From positions 1,260,001-1,292,000 of the forward strand of contig NC_007681.1 in NCBI RefSeq assembly GCF_000012545.1: DNA of 32,000 nucleotides, given 5' to 3'. A program made the translations under genes and the position numbers. Shown here piece by piece: positions 9,756-18,956 of this stretch (its first letter is position 1; each line of letters begins with the position of its first letter). The stretch comes from Methanosphaera stadtmanae DSM 3091. Lineage in GTDB: Archaea; Methanobacteriota; Methanobacteria; Methanobacteriales; Methanobacteriaceae. Below the pieces are notes generated by a model. That model did no database searches and was not told where the DNA came from. It saw nothing but the letters and a program-made list of their open reading frames with translations.

Positions 9756-12700
9756 ATGAAAATTAAGACCTTTTCATTATGTATGATATTCTTAGTTCTC
9801 TTAGTATGTACAACAGTGCCAGCAAGTGAATCTACAGATATACCAGTACATCAGAGTTCAATTTCAACATATGAAATTCATGAATTAACAAGTAACATGT
9901 CAACAAGTAACATATCAACAAGTAACATATCCAGTTCATCCAGTATTAAAACAGTAAAAGAGAGTTCACAACAAACAAGTGTAAAGATAACAACAAATAA
10001 AAAATCAGATACAAATCAAGTAACTACTAGTAATAATGTGGCAAAAAAAACTACTTCTTCAAAAGCAAGTACTACCCAAAGTAGTACAAAAGCAAGTAGT
10101 AAAGCAAAAGCAAGTACTACTAAAAATAATTCAGTACAAGAAGTTAGTTTAAACACTACACAACCATCAATAAAAGAGGCAGAAACAATAAAGCAGTTAT
10201 CTGCAACAAAAAATATGTCCTCACTAAAACAATTAACATCATTAAAGCAAGCTCAAAACAAGTATAACTTAGAAGGTAAAGTAACTTGTGTTTACAATAA
10301 ATCTTCTGATAGTTATGTTGGTGATGAAGAGGATGCTTTAGGTGTTGGAGGTGCTGTGATAACAGTAACTAATAAAAGTAAAGTTATTGCAAAGGTTACA
10401 TCAGACTCTAATGGAAACTATGTTATAAAAAACTTAGCTCCAGGACTTTATACAGTTAAATTTAAGTATGGAACCTATGCAGTAGGTGAAGAGGATATAC
10501 GTATAATTAACACCACAGAACGGTTTAATTATGTGTTTATACCTGATCTTGCTATTATCACATACTCTGGAAGTACTAATGATGGTCAAAGAAATAAATT
10601 TGACGCATTAAGAAAACTTAGTGATAGATTTTATTTCCTAGAAAGCTATAATCTAAATAGTTCATACGATGTATCTCATCAATGGATGTTAGATTATGCA
10701 AACTTTATTCTAGTAGATATGTATAGTAAAGGACAGGGATTTGGAGTAGATATAGATGCTATTAAAAATTCACCTGCTTCACAACACAACAGAGTTGCAT
10801 ATACTTTTGGTATATTTGATCAAATGTTATTACAAGAACTAGGTTGGGGATTCCTTGGAGTTAATCCTGTTGAATCCATAGAAAATACCTATGTTGGATC
10901 ATATTGGCAAGCTGAAGCTATAAAAGATGCTACAGTAGTTAATACCAATATGAAAAACTTGTATCATTATATATTATATTTACTTGGAGAAAGTGACTAC
11001 AACCCAACTAGAACAGATAGTGGAACACCTGTTTTAGCTGGACCACAATGGGGTGTTTATTACCCAGGATATAAAATGTCTGTTCCTACTCCAAGCAATA
11101 AATTGATAAATAAATGGATACAACAAGCACCAGGTTATAACAATGATGGAGCTGGAAGTCTAAATTGGATGACAGAATATTATAATCCATGGATTCTAGA
11201 AAATCAGAAACCTGTGAATGTATTCAGAAAATTTGAGAATTGGTACAATAAACATGTAAATATTAAAGGATCATTTGTTGTTATAATAAGTTATTATCAG
11301 ACAACAACAGAAGTTGAAGCTTTAATTAAAGAATTTGAAAGACAAGGAAGAGCAGCATTTTGTTTATATCAATATGCTACCACACATCCTACTATGACCG
11401 AACTATTAGAAACAGCAGTTACTGATAGAAAAGGTTTCTCAAGAGGAATTGTTGCTGGAAGTTCTTTATATTCATGGTCAACTTCATATACTCAAATGGG
11501 AACAAATACAACTATAAATGCATATAAAAACATGAATATTACAATTTTGAATGCTTTAAGTGGAATAAGTGAATACAGTTATCATAGTCAATATGGTCCT
11601 CAAAATGAATGGACATATAAGGTAACAATATCCCAATTTGAAGGAATAATAGGTGCCCTACCTATTTCATACATTTCAAATACAACTAAATCAACTGTTA
11701 TGATTGACAGTGGTGTTAAAAAACACGTTGAATTAGTTAATGGTTGGGCTAAACTTAAAGAAACTCAAAATTCCAAGAAGAAAATAGCTATTGTACTATA
11801 TGACTATCCACCAGGTAAAGCTAATATTGGTGCATCTTATTTAGATGTATTTACCAGTACACATGATTTACTTGAACAATTAGCCGATGCTGGTTATGAT
11901 ATTGGAATGAAGAAAAGTGAAATTCCTACAACAGAGGAGTTAACTACAATGATTTTCAATATTGGTAACAAAGGTAATTGGGCTTCAGGATATCTTAAAT
12001 CATATGTAAAAGATAACTATGATGAACTTGTCAAAAATCATCAGCTAATCAGTAAATCTGAATTCCAATTAATGTTCAATCAATTACCTACAAATTTACA
12101 ACAACAACTTGTAAACTCATGGGGTAAAGGATTAGGTAATGGATCTATGATCTATAATAACAGTTACCTAGTAATTCCTGGATTGTACTTTGGAAATGTG
12201 TTTATTACTGTTCAACCTGCAAGGGGTTGGGAATCAGTAACAGACTATCATAGTCCTGATTTAGCACCACCACAACAATATGTGGCATTTTACAAGTATC
12301 TTACTAGTTATTATCTGGGAAAAGAAAATAACAGTGTGGATGCAATGATAAGTATGGGAACACACGGAACACTTGAATGGTTACCTGGACGTACTTTAGG
12401 ACTCCAAGAATCAGATTGGCCATTCCAATTAATCAAAACACCGATTATTTACCCATATATTGTATCTAACCCTGGGGAAGGTATGACTGCTAAAGAAAGA
12501 AGTTTTGCACAGGTAATTACACACATGACACCTGTAACTACTGCATCAACACTTTATGGTGAATATTCTAAATTAAGTGAAGCTATATCAGATTACACAG
12601 CTAATAAAAAATTAGGTGATGCAAGCAATATGGCTTACTATAAAGAATTAATATTAAACCTTACAAGTGTAAATAGTTCATTTTCAGCACCAACATTTAC

Positions 12701-15491
12701 AAAGATGAGCCAATACATTGATGAATATAACTATGCAGTTTCAGTAAATGATACTGCATTAATAAATGAAAAAAGAGCAGCTATACTTAGCTTATCTGCA
12801 TCATTAAATAAACCAATGGAAAACTACTTCAATCATACATCTGCAAAAAATATGACTTTTGATGAGTATATAAAAAGAATGTATGAATATGTAAATAGTG
12901 ATGAAGCTTTCGATGCATGGCTAGAAACTATACATGCTGTTATTGAAGGATTAAGTTCTGATACAATAACATATGGTGTTCATAAAATTGGTTATGTATG
13001 GAACAGTACTGAAATGATCGATGGAATAAGTGTTATTGGTGCTTCAAGAACCAATATCATGCAAAACATCATGAATCTTTACTTTAATATCAATGGAAGT
13101 TATTATGAAAAAGTACAAGACCGTGACTTCAAACCTTATCAAACAGCAATTGAAGCAACACTTAACAACATTGTAACAAGCTTAGTATTAGATACCACAC
13201 TTGAAAATGTTGAAAAAATAGCTAAAGAAAAAAATCAAGATAAAAACAGTAGTTTCTATCAAGATCTTTATGATATTATGAATCTTATTAATAGTGTAAG
13301 AGACAATCATGAATGGGAAGCTATTATGACAGCTCTTGGTGGCGGATACGTTGCTCCTGGTCTTTCAGGAGAACCTGCAGCAAGTGATGTTCTACCAACA
13401 GGACGTTCAATGTATAACAGTGATACAACTAAAATGCCATCTAAAGCTGCATGGTCATCAGCAGTAAACTCTATTAATCAAATATTAGTTAAATATATGA
13501 AAGATCTTGGAGAAGATACCTATCCAGAATTAGTTGCAGAAGTTATATGGGGTACAGAAGTACTTCGTACAGAAGGTATAAGTCTTGCACAATACCTATA
13601 CTTACTTGGAGTAAAACCTACATGGGATAGAACAGGTAAAGTAAATGGTACTGAAGTTATACCTCTTGATGAACTTACAATAACTATTGATGGAACAGTA
13701 TATCAACGTCCAAGAATAGATGTTTTTGCTACAATTGTATCAAACAACCCATACTGGCTAAGTTTATTAACAAGTGCAGTAGATCAGGTAAATGCTTTAA
13801 ATGAAAGTTTTGAAGATAACTATGTTAAAAAACATTATGCTAAATTCCCAAGTACATTCAGATTATTTGGACTTAATGGAAACAAATTAGAAGGTACCGG
13901 AGTTTCAGATAGAATAAATAACATTGGTAATTTAACCCAGTCATCAAAAAGTGTGCAGGAAGAAATAGCTAGTGTATATGAATCTAGACTTAACAATGCA
14001 TGGACTGTTGATGCTAATGGTAATATTGTTGTTAAAACAAATCAGACAGAATTATTTGTATGGTTATTATCCAACGTAAATCTAATAATCCAAGATTTAG
14101 ATAGTACATGGAGATATCTTGATTCAGATGATTATACTGATTGGTTTGGTGGTCTTCTAAATTCAGCAAACATACATGGTGCAACACCAAGTACAATGCT
14201 TCTTGATATACGTAACAGAAACAATATAGTTTCAAATACATTATCCCAAGAAGTAAGTAAAGAAATAAGAACTACCTTAATAAATCCAAAATGGTTACAA
14301 GGTATGACATCTTCTGTTGGTGGATGGAACCAAATGGCTGCTAACTGGGAAAACCTACATAAAACAATATTCACAACACAAGGTTATCTTGAAGATGAAA
14401 ATGGTAAAGCTATTTTACAAACTAACAAAGGAAACAACACAGGTGCAGTTAGTAATGAATTATATACTCAAGCAGTGAAAAATCTTGTAACTAGTGAATA
14501 TTTAGTTGTAGATGCTGATTATAAGTCTTATGCTATGCAATCCATGATTGGTTGGTCCTTAACATTATTAAAAGATGGTTATTGGAAAACAACCGATAAA
14601 AAATTAGTATACGATCTTGTAAAAACATATACACGTATTGTAGTAAAATACGGTGTTGCATGTTGTCACCACACATGTGGTAACATAGAATTTAATAAAT
14701 GGATTATTAAAACTGGAACTGCAATGGGTATTGATATGGCAGGTTATGCTAATGAAATGAATGCTGCAACAGAACAAGGACTTACTACTGGTCAAGGTAG
14801 TGGTAGTGGTGATGGAACTGGTTCTGGAAGTAGTGGTGGAACATCTAGTGATGGTGGAGATGGAGGAACTGCAATAGGTTCCGATTCTTTCAAAGATGGA
14901 GCAGATACTGGAAGTGTAGGTGGAATTGGATCATACACTGGAACAGGATCTTCTCAGTCAACAACTGGTAATGCTAATGGTGAACTTGCAGGAGTAGCTT
15001 CTAACGACAATGGTGCAAATTCTGGTAATGGAACAAACAATAACAACAATGGAAACAACACTGGAAATCAAGACACTAATGGTACAAATACAGGTTCTAA
15101 TTCCACTTCCAACAATAATGGTAATGCTGATGGTAATTCCAACAGTACTGGAAGCGGTGATAGTACAGGTAATGCAGATTCAGGTAATGCTGATGGTGCA
15201 TCTACTGGAAATAGTACTCAAAAAAATAGTGGAAGTTCTGATGTTGGTACATCAAGTACTGGTGCATCCTCTGCAGGATCAGCAGCAGCAAGTAGTTCCT
15301 CAGCAGCAAGTAGTTCCTCAGCAGCTGTTGCTGCAACTGCAACTGCAACTGCTTACGAAGTAAGTGAGAAAAGTGGAGGAAAAGCTGCTTCAAATAAATC
15401 AGCTGTTTCATTCGGTTATCTTGTAGCTATTGTTTTAATAGCACTTCTTTTCTTTGTTGGATTCAAAAGAAAAGATATTCGTGGAGATTAA
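9756..15491 (+). CDS. CobN/ChlH (Mg/Co-chelatase large subunit) family protein with signal peptide, CarboxypepD_reg-like domain, low-complexity stalk and C-terminal TM anchor
   Basis: The ORF is open from GTG 9753; ATG is at 9756. The N-terminus MKIKTFSLCMIFLVLLVCTTVPASES looks like a signal peptide, followed by an S/T-rich linker. A beta-sandwich-like segment follows: GKVTCVY...GGAVITVTNKSKVIAKVTSDSNGNYVIKNLAPGLYTVKFKYG. CobN/ChlH hallmark motifs are present: SMGTHGTLEWLPG, LGGGYVAPGLSGEPAASDVLPTGRSMYNSD, and VIWGTEVLRTEGISLAQYLYLLGVKP...RPRIDVF. Bases 14790-15353 encode a G/S/N/T/D-rich tract. Bases 15405-15464 encode the helix VSFGYLVAIVLIALLFFVGF, followed by KRKDIRGD and the stop. Confidence 0.88.
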   Translation: MKIKTFSLCMIFLVLLVCTTVPASESTDIPVHQSSISTYEIHELTSNMSTSNISTSNISSSSSIKTVKESSQQTSVKITTNKKSDTNQVTTSNNVAKKTTSSKASTTQSSTKASSKAKASTTKNNSVQEVSLNTTQPSIKEAETIKQLSATKNMSSLKQLTSLKQAQNKYNLEGKVTCVYNKSSDSYVGDEEDALGVGGAVITVTNKSKVIAKVTSDSNGNYVIKNLAPGLYTVKFKYGTYAVGEEDIRIINTTERFNYVFIPDLAIITYSGSTNDGQRNKFDALRKLSDRFYFLESYNLNSSYDVSHQWMLDYANFILVDMYSKGQGFGVDIDAIKNSPASQHNRVAYTFGIFDQMLLQELGWGFLGVNPVESIENTYVGSYWQAEAIKDATVVNTNMKNLYHYILYLLGESDYNPTRTDSGTPVLAGPQWGVYYPGYKMSVPTPSNKLINKWIQQAPGYNNDGAGSLNWMTEYYNPWILENQKPVNVFRKFENWYNKHVNIKGSFVVIISYYQTTTEVEALIKEFERQGRAAFCLYQYATTHPTMTELLETAVTDRKGFSRGIVAGSSLYSWSTSYTQMGTNTTINAYKNMNITILNALSGISEYSYHSQYGPQNEWTYKVTISQFEGIIGALPISYISNTTKSTVMIDSGVKKHVELVNGWAKLKETQNSKKKIAIVLYDYPPGKANIGASYLDVFTSTHDLLEQLADAGYDIGMKKSEIPTTEELTTMIFNIGNKGNWASGYLKSYVKDNYDELVKNHQLISKSEFQLMFNQLPTNLQQQLVNSWGKGLGNGSMIYNNSYLVIPGLYFGNVFITVQPARGWESVTDYHSPDLAPPQQYVAFYKYLTSYYLGKENNSVDAMISMGTHGTLEWLPGRTLGLQESDWPFQLIKTPIIYPYIVSNPGEGMTAKERSFAQVITHMTPVTTASTLYGEYSKLSEAISDYTANKKLGDASNMAYYKELILNLTSVNSSFSAPTFTKMSQYIDEYNYAVSVNDTALINEKRAAILSLSASLNKPMENYFNHTSAKNMTFDEYIKRMYEYVNSDEAFDAWLETIHAVIEGLSSDTITYGVHKIGYVWNSTEMIDGISVIGASRTNIMQNIMNLYFNINGSYYEKVQDRDFKPYQTAIEATLNNIVTSLVLDTTLENVEKIAKEKNQDKNSSFYQDLYDIMNLINSVRDNHEWEAIMTALGGGYVAPGLSGEPAASDVLPTGRSMYNSDTTKMPSKAAWSSAVNSINQILVKYMKDLGEDTYPELVAEVIWGTEVLRTEGISLAQYLYLLGVKPTWDRTGKVNGTEVIPLDELTITIDGTVYQRPRIDVFATIVSNNPYWLSLLTSAVDQVNALNESFEDNYVKKHYAKFPSTFRLFGLNGNKLEGTGVSDRINNIGNLTQSSKSVQEEIASVYESRLNNAWTVDANGNIVVKTNQTELFVWLLSNVNLIIQDLDSTWRYLDSDDYTDWFGGLLNSANIHGATPSTMLLDIRNRNNIVSNTLSQEVSKEIRTTLINPKWLQGMTSSVGGWNQMAANWENLHKTIFTTQGYLEDENGKAILQTNKGNNTGAVSNELYTQAVKNLVTSEYLVVDADYKSYAMQSMIGWSLTLLKDGYWKTTDKKLVYDLVKTYTRIVVKYGVACCHHTCGNIEFNKWIIKTGTAMGIDMAGYANEMNAATEQGLTTGQGSGSGDGTGSGSSGGTSSDGGDGGTAIGSDSFKDGADTGSVGGIGSYTGTGSSQSTTGNANGELAGVASNDNGANSGNGTNNNNNGNNTGNQDTNGTNTGSNSTSNNNGNADGNSNSTGSGDSTGNADSGNADGASTGNSTQKNSGSSDVGTSSTGASSAGSAAASSSSAASSSSAAVAATATATAYEVSEKSGGKAASNKSAVSFGYLVAIVLIALLFFVGFKRKDIRGD
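9888..9932 (+). repeat. In-frame 15-bp tandem repeat x3 (TSN[M/I]S) in the CobN-like N-terminal linker
   Basis: The three consecutive units are acaagtaacatgtca, acaagtaacatatca and acaagtaacatatcc. Confidence 0.9.
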
Positions 15492-15540
15492 TAAATATCA
15501 TACATGATACTTTAATAAATAATAAAATAAAAATCCCCCC

Positions 15541-15561
15541 TTTTTTTCTTTTATTTTTTTT
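15541..15561 (+). terminator. C-run followed by oligo-T tracts, candidate terminator of the CobN-like gene
   Basis: aaaaatCCCCCCTTTTTTTcTTTTaTTTTTTTT lies about 50 nt after the stop at 15491. Confidence 0.4.
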
Positions 15562-15766
15562 ATAAATAATTAGTTCTTTAAAAATAGAATTAAATCTTTT
15601 TTTTAAAAAAATTAACTTTTAATTTAAATAAACTTACACATCATGAAAGTAAGTTTTACTAAAAGAATCTATAAAAATAACAAGCATGTCTTTAAAATAA
15701 TAGACTATGGTGAATATAATAAAAATACACTAACTAACCATCTACATTAACTCTTATTAAAATAAT

Positions 15767-15782
15767 AAAAAAGTAAAAAAAA
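15767..15782 (-). terminator. Oligo-T tracts (on the - strand) downstream of the ECF operon
   Basis: The + strand reads aaaaaagtaaaaaaaa, which gives T8 and T6 on the - strand about 15 nt after the stop at 15797. Confidence 0.33.
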
Positions 15783-15796
15783 GAAATAATTAGAAT

Positions 15797-16402
15797 TTAT
15801 TCTAATTGATATTTTTCTTTGTTACGTTGGAATATTTCTTTAAACCATGTGTATGCAATTACTAATAATATTAATGTACATATCCCACGTGATGCATCAT
15901 AGAATATACTTGCTGTATATGTACTTATTATAGAAGGTACTGAAATTGGTACAAAATAAAACCATGATATGTTTGTAATCCAACCATATATGAATCCCCA
16001 TAATAAACCAAAAACTGCTCTAAATGGAAGACTTTCCATTTTATTAGCAAATAAACCAGAAGTATATCCCAGTAGACCAAATCCAATCATTTGATATGGA
16101 GTCCATGTTCCAATACCTGCACCAGAAATTAGTCCAAATACTATTATAGATAAGGCCCCTACCAAGAATCCACTTTCTTTTCCAAAGACCACTCCAGCCA
16201 TTATAACAATAAAGAAAACTAGATCTATATGTAATATTGAACCTATAAAGTTTGCAACTACTGCTATAGCAATTAATATTGCTAACATAACAATATATTC
16301 TACAGAAGGTTTTGATTTTTCAAACATTCTGAATATTACACCTATAAATCCAACTGCCACCAATAATGAAATTATTAATGTTAATATATTCATAAGCTCC
16401 AT
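15797..16402 (-). CDS. Polytopic membrane protein, probable substrate-specific (S) component of an ECF transporter; substrate unknown
   Basis: 201 aa with about 6 hydrophobic helices by eye, which is the S-component size class. Its start overlaps the upstream ATPase gene by 13 nt (16390-16402). It is the last gene of the T-A/A'-S operon. Confidence 0.6.
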   Translation of the reverse strand: MELMNILTLIISLLVAVGFIGVIFRMFEKSKPSVEYIVMLAILIAIAVVANFIGSILHIDLVFFIVIMAGVVFGKESGFLVGALSIIVFGLISGAGIGTWTPYQMIGFGLLGYTSGLFANKMESLPFRAVFGLLWGFIYGWITNISWFYFVPISVPSIISTYTASIFYDASRGICTLILLVIAYTWFKEIFQRNKEKYQLE

Positions 16403-18105
16403 TGTTCTTTCACATCCTTAATTGAAATTGCTTTTGGTAAATAGTTTTTAACCATTCTATTTACAAAAGTTGTATAAAAGTTATTACTTGAAAATATTTG
16501 TGTCGGTGTTGTATCTAATTGTAACGAACCATCAAAGATCATTACACATCTTTCAACACTGTCTGCTACAAAAGATAAATCATGTGTAGTCATAATTATC
16601 GTTGTCCCTTCATTATTAACTTGTTTTAGAAGTTCACCTAATTTATGATTAGATATTGGATCTAAACCTTTAGTAGGTTCATCCAATATTAATATATCAG
16701 GATTATCAAGTAATGCTTTAATAAAAGCTATTTTTTGTTGTTCCCCTCCACTACAGTCATAGGGATGGTTATTAAGAATTTTTCTAATATCAAAATAATC
16801 AACAAGTTCCATAGCATAATCAGATAATTCAATAGTTTTATTTATTGATTTATCTATTTCATTCTCTTTTTTTGATTTGTTAAATGGATTGAAGTTAAAA
16901 TCTGTTTCAATTTTTGATTCACGAATATTGGATAATTCTTTTAGCACAGTATCTTCTGTAAATTGAACCATAGGATTTTGATGAACATAACTGATTTTAG
17001 TGTTCTTAGCATACTTTATTTTACCTTTCACTGGTTTTATTAGACCTGCAAGAAGTTTTAGAAATGTACTTTTTCCACTTCCATTACCACCAATAATTGT
17101 AATATATTCTCCTTTATTAACATTAAATCCAATTCCTTTAAGAATTACATTTTCTTTTTCATATCCAAACCATAAATCCTTTACTAATACTAATTCATCA
17201 GTATTTTCTACTTTAATTCTAGATAATGCTTGAAGAGGAATGTCTTTAATAATATCATCCATATTATTTAGTAATTGAATTCCTTCCCTAACACTAAGTG
17301 CAACTTCCACATCTTTAATTGAATCAAATTTGTCCTTAAGAAGTAAATTTACCCTTGTAACCTCTGGCATGTAGTACTTAAATACTTCATCATCTTTAAT
17401 ATCATCACAAATATTTCTTGAATCATTGATGTATTTTAAATTTCCATTCTGTAGATAAATTACTTTATTAGCAAATGGAAAAATATTATCCATTTTATGT
17501 TCAGTCACTATAATTGTAATTGAAAATTCTTCATTTAATCTTCTAAGCATTGCTAAAAAATCATATGATGCTATTGGATCTAGTTGACTTGTAGGTTCAT
17601 CTAGTAGTAGGAGTTTTGGTTTTAAAACCAACAATGAACATAGATTTACTAATTGTTTCTGTCCACCTGATAGATTATTAACATTTTCATGTAATAATTT
17701 ATCTATTCCAAAGAATGTGGACATTTCTGCAATTCTATTTCTTATTTCATCAGTAGGTAATCCAATATTTTCAAGGGGAAATGCAATTTCCTGAATAACA
17801 GTATCTGTTACAATTTGTGCATCTGGATTTTGAAACATGAGACCTATATCACAAGCTGATTTTTCATCATCTAACTCTTCAACTAAAATATCATCAAAGA
17901 ATATTTGACCATAAGTATCCCCTGCCGGTTTTAATTCTTTTTTAATATTGTTTAACAGAGTTGTTTTTCCAGAACCTGATGGACCACACAGTAATACAAA
18001 CTCACCCTCATTTATCTTAAAATTAATATCTTTTAAGACCTTTTCTTCATTATATTTGAAACTAAAATCTTTAACCTCTAAGAGTGCCATAGTATTCTCT
18101 CCCAA
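16390..18105 (-). CDS. Fused double ABC ATPase (EcfA-EcfA' type) of an ECF transporter
   Basis: There are two complete nucleotide-binding domains. The first has GPSGSGKTT, LSGGQKQ and LLLLDEPTSQLD. The second has GGNGSGKST, CSGGEQQK and ILILDEPTKGLD. An alternative start at MALLEV (18090) is possible. The gene overlaps the T-component gene. Confidence 0.92.
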   Translation of the reverse strand: MGENTMALLEVKDFSFKYNEEKVLKDINFKINEGEFVLLCGPSGSGKTTLLNNIKKELKPAGDTYGQIFFDDILVEELDDEKSACDIGLMFQNPDAQIVTDTVIQEIAFPLENIGLPTDEIRNRIAEMSTFFGIDKLLHENVNNLSGGQKQLVNLCSLLVLKPKLLLLDEPTSQLDPIASYDFLAMLRRLNEEFSITIIVTEHKMDNIFPFANKVIYLQNGNLKYINDSRNICDDIKDDEVFKYYMPEVTRVNLLLKDKFDSIKDVEVALSVREGIQLLNNMDDIIKDIPLQALSRIKVENTDELVLVKDLWFGYEKENVILKGIGFNVNKGEYITIIGGNGSGKSTFLKLLAGLIKPVKGKIKYAKNTKISYVHQNPMVQFTEDTVLKELSNIRESKIETDFNFNPFNKSKKENEIDKSINKTIELSDYAMELVDYFDIRKILNNHPYDCSGGEQQKIAFIKALLDNPDILILDEPTKGLDPISNHKLGELLKQVNNEGTTIIMTTHDLSFVADSVERCVMIFDGSLQLDTTPTQIFSSNNFYTTFVNRMVKNYLPKAISIKDVKEQWSL

Positions 18106-18956
18106 ATTTCAATAATTATAAATGGTAATAACAGTACAACATATGCAAAGTAATATATGTTAAATGGTGTTTGACTAAATGTAAATGTGAATTTTGGATA
18201 AATCATGATTGATCCAACACCATTATATAATCCATACACAGATATTGTTGCTGTTACTAATATAAGTACTGTAAGAAGTACGTCAATTTTATTAAAGTCA
18301 TATCTAAGATAACTTGTTCTTTTTGTTATATTATATCCTCTAGATTTCATTGATGATGCAGATTGCATAGCTTCTTCTAATGACCATGAAACTACCAATC
18401 CTAAATTTTGAATTAATTCTGATGTTTTTTCTGTAAATTTCAAGTCTTCATTTCTATTTTTTAATTTTGACAGTTCAAGAAGTTCGTTACTTCTTTTTTG
18501 TATCAATGGAACAAATCGCAGAGACATTATTATTATCATAGATAAGTTAGGATACTTTTTTGAAAATACATAAAGCATATCCTGATATGATACATAAGTG
18601 TTGTATGCTATAAATGTTAATGTAACTAAAAAGAAAGTTACAGCCATAATTACACCATATACTAATGCTTCAAAGGTTACATAATATGATCCAAAGATAT
18701 AAATATGTGTATCTCCAACATGTGTAAAAATAGTGTTTAATAAGGTAATAAAAAGTATTACTGGTAAAAATACCTTAGTAGTACTTTTAATTTCACTTAT
18801 TGATCCTTGTAATGCAATTAAGGTTAGTATTAATATCCCATAGGTTATTACATAATATGGATTATTAAATAAAAATGCAAATATTATCAGAATCAGAAAA
18901 TACACTATAAAAATTGCTGGATGAATTCGTGTAATCTTCATTTTCTTTCTATCCAA
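18078..18956 (-). CDS. ECF transporter transmembrane (T) component, CbiQ/EcfT family
   Basis: 292 aa, multi-TM, with the EcfT-like coupling motif region EEAMQSASSMKSRGYN (A-x-x-x-R-G). TTG start at 18956; an alternative ATG (MKITRIH) lies 5 codons in. The gene overlaps the ATPase gene by 28 nt. Confidence 0.8.
   Translation of the reverse strand: MDRKKMKITRIHPAIFIVYFLILIIFAFLFNNPYYVITYGILILTLIALQGSISEIKSTTKVFLPVILFITLLNTIFTHVGDTHIYIFGSYYVTFEALVYGVIMAVTFFLVTLTFIAYNTYVSYQDMLYVFSKKYPNLSMIIIMSLRFVPLIQKRSNELLELSKLKNRNEDLKFTEKTSELIQNLGLVVSWSLEEAMQSASSMKSRGYNITKRTSYLRYDFNKIDVLLTVLILVTATISVYGLYNGVGSIMIYPKFTFTFSQTPFNIYYFAYVVLLLPFIIIEIWERILWHS

Noticed and set aside
15010-15411. ORFs 15010-15363 (+) and 15202-15411 (-) overlapping the CobN-like 3' region
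   Set aside because: These are alternative-frame readings of the repetitive GGT/AGT/AAT stalk-coding DNA. The Q/L/V-rich nonsense products are explained by the low-complexity repeat.
9753-15491. Canonical aerobic-pathway cobaltochelatase CobN (cobNST)
   Set aside because: No cobS/cobT are nearby. The signal peptide, stalk and TM anchor are incompatible with the cytoplasmic ATP-dependent complex. Methanogens use the anaerobic early-insertion route.
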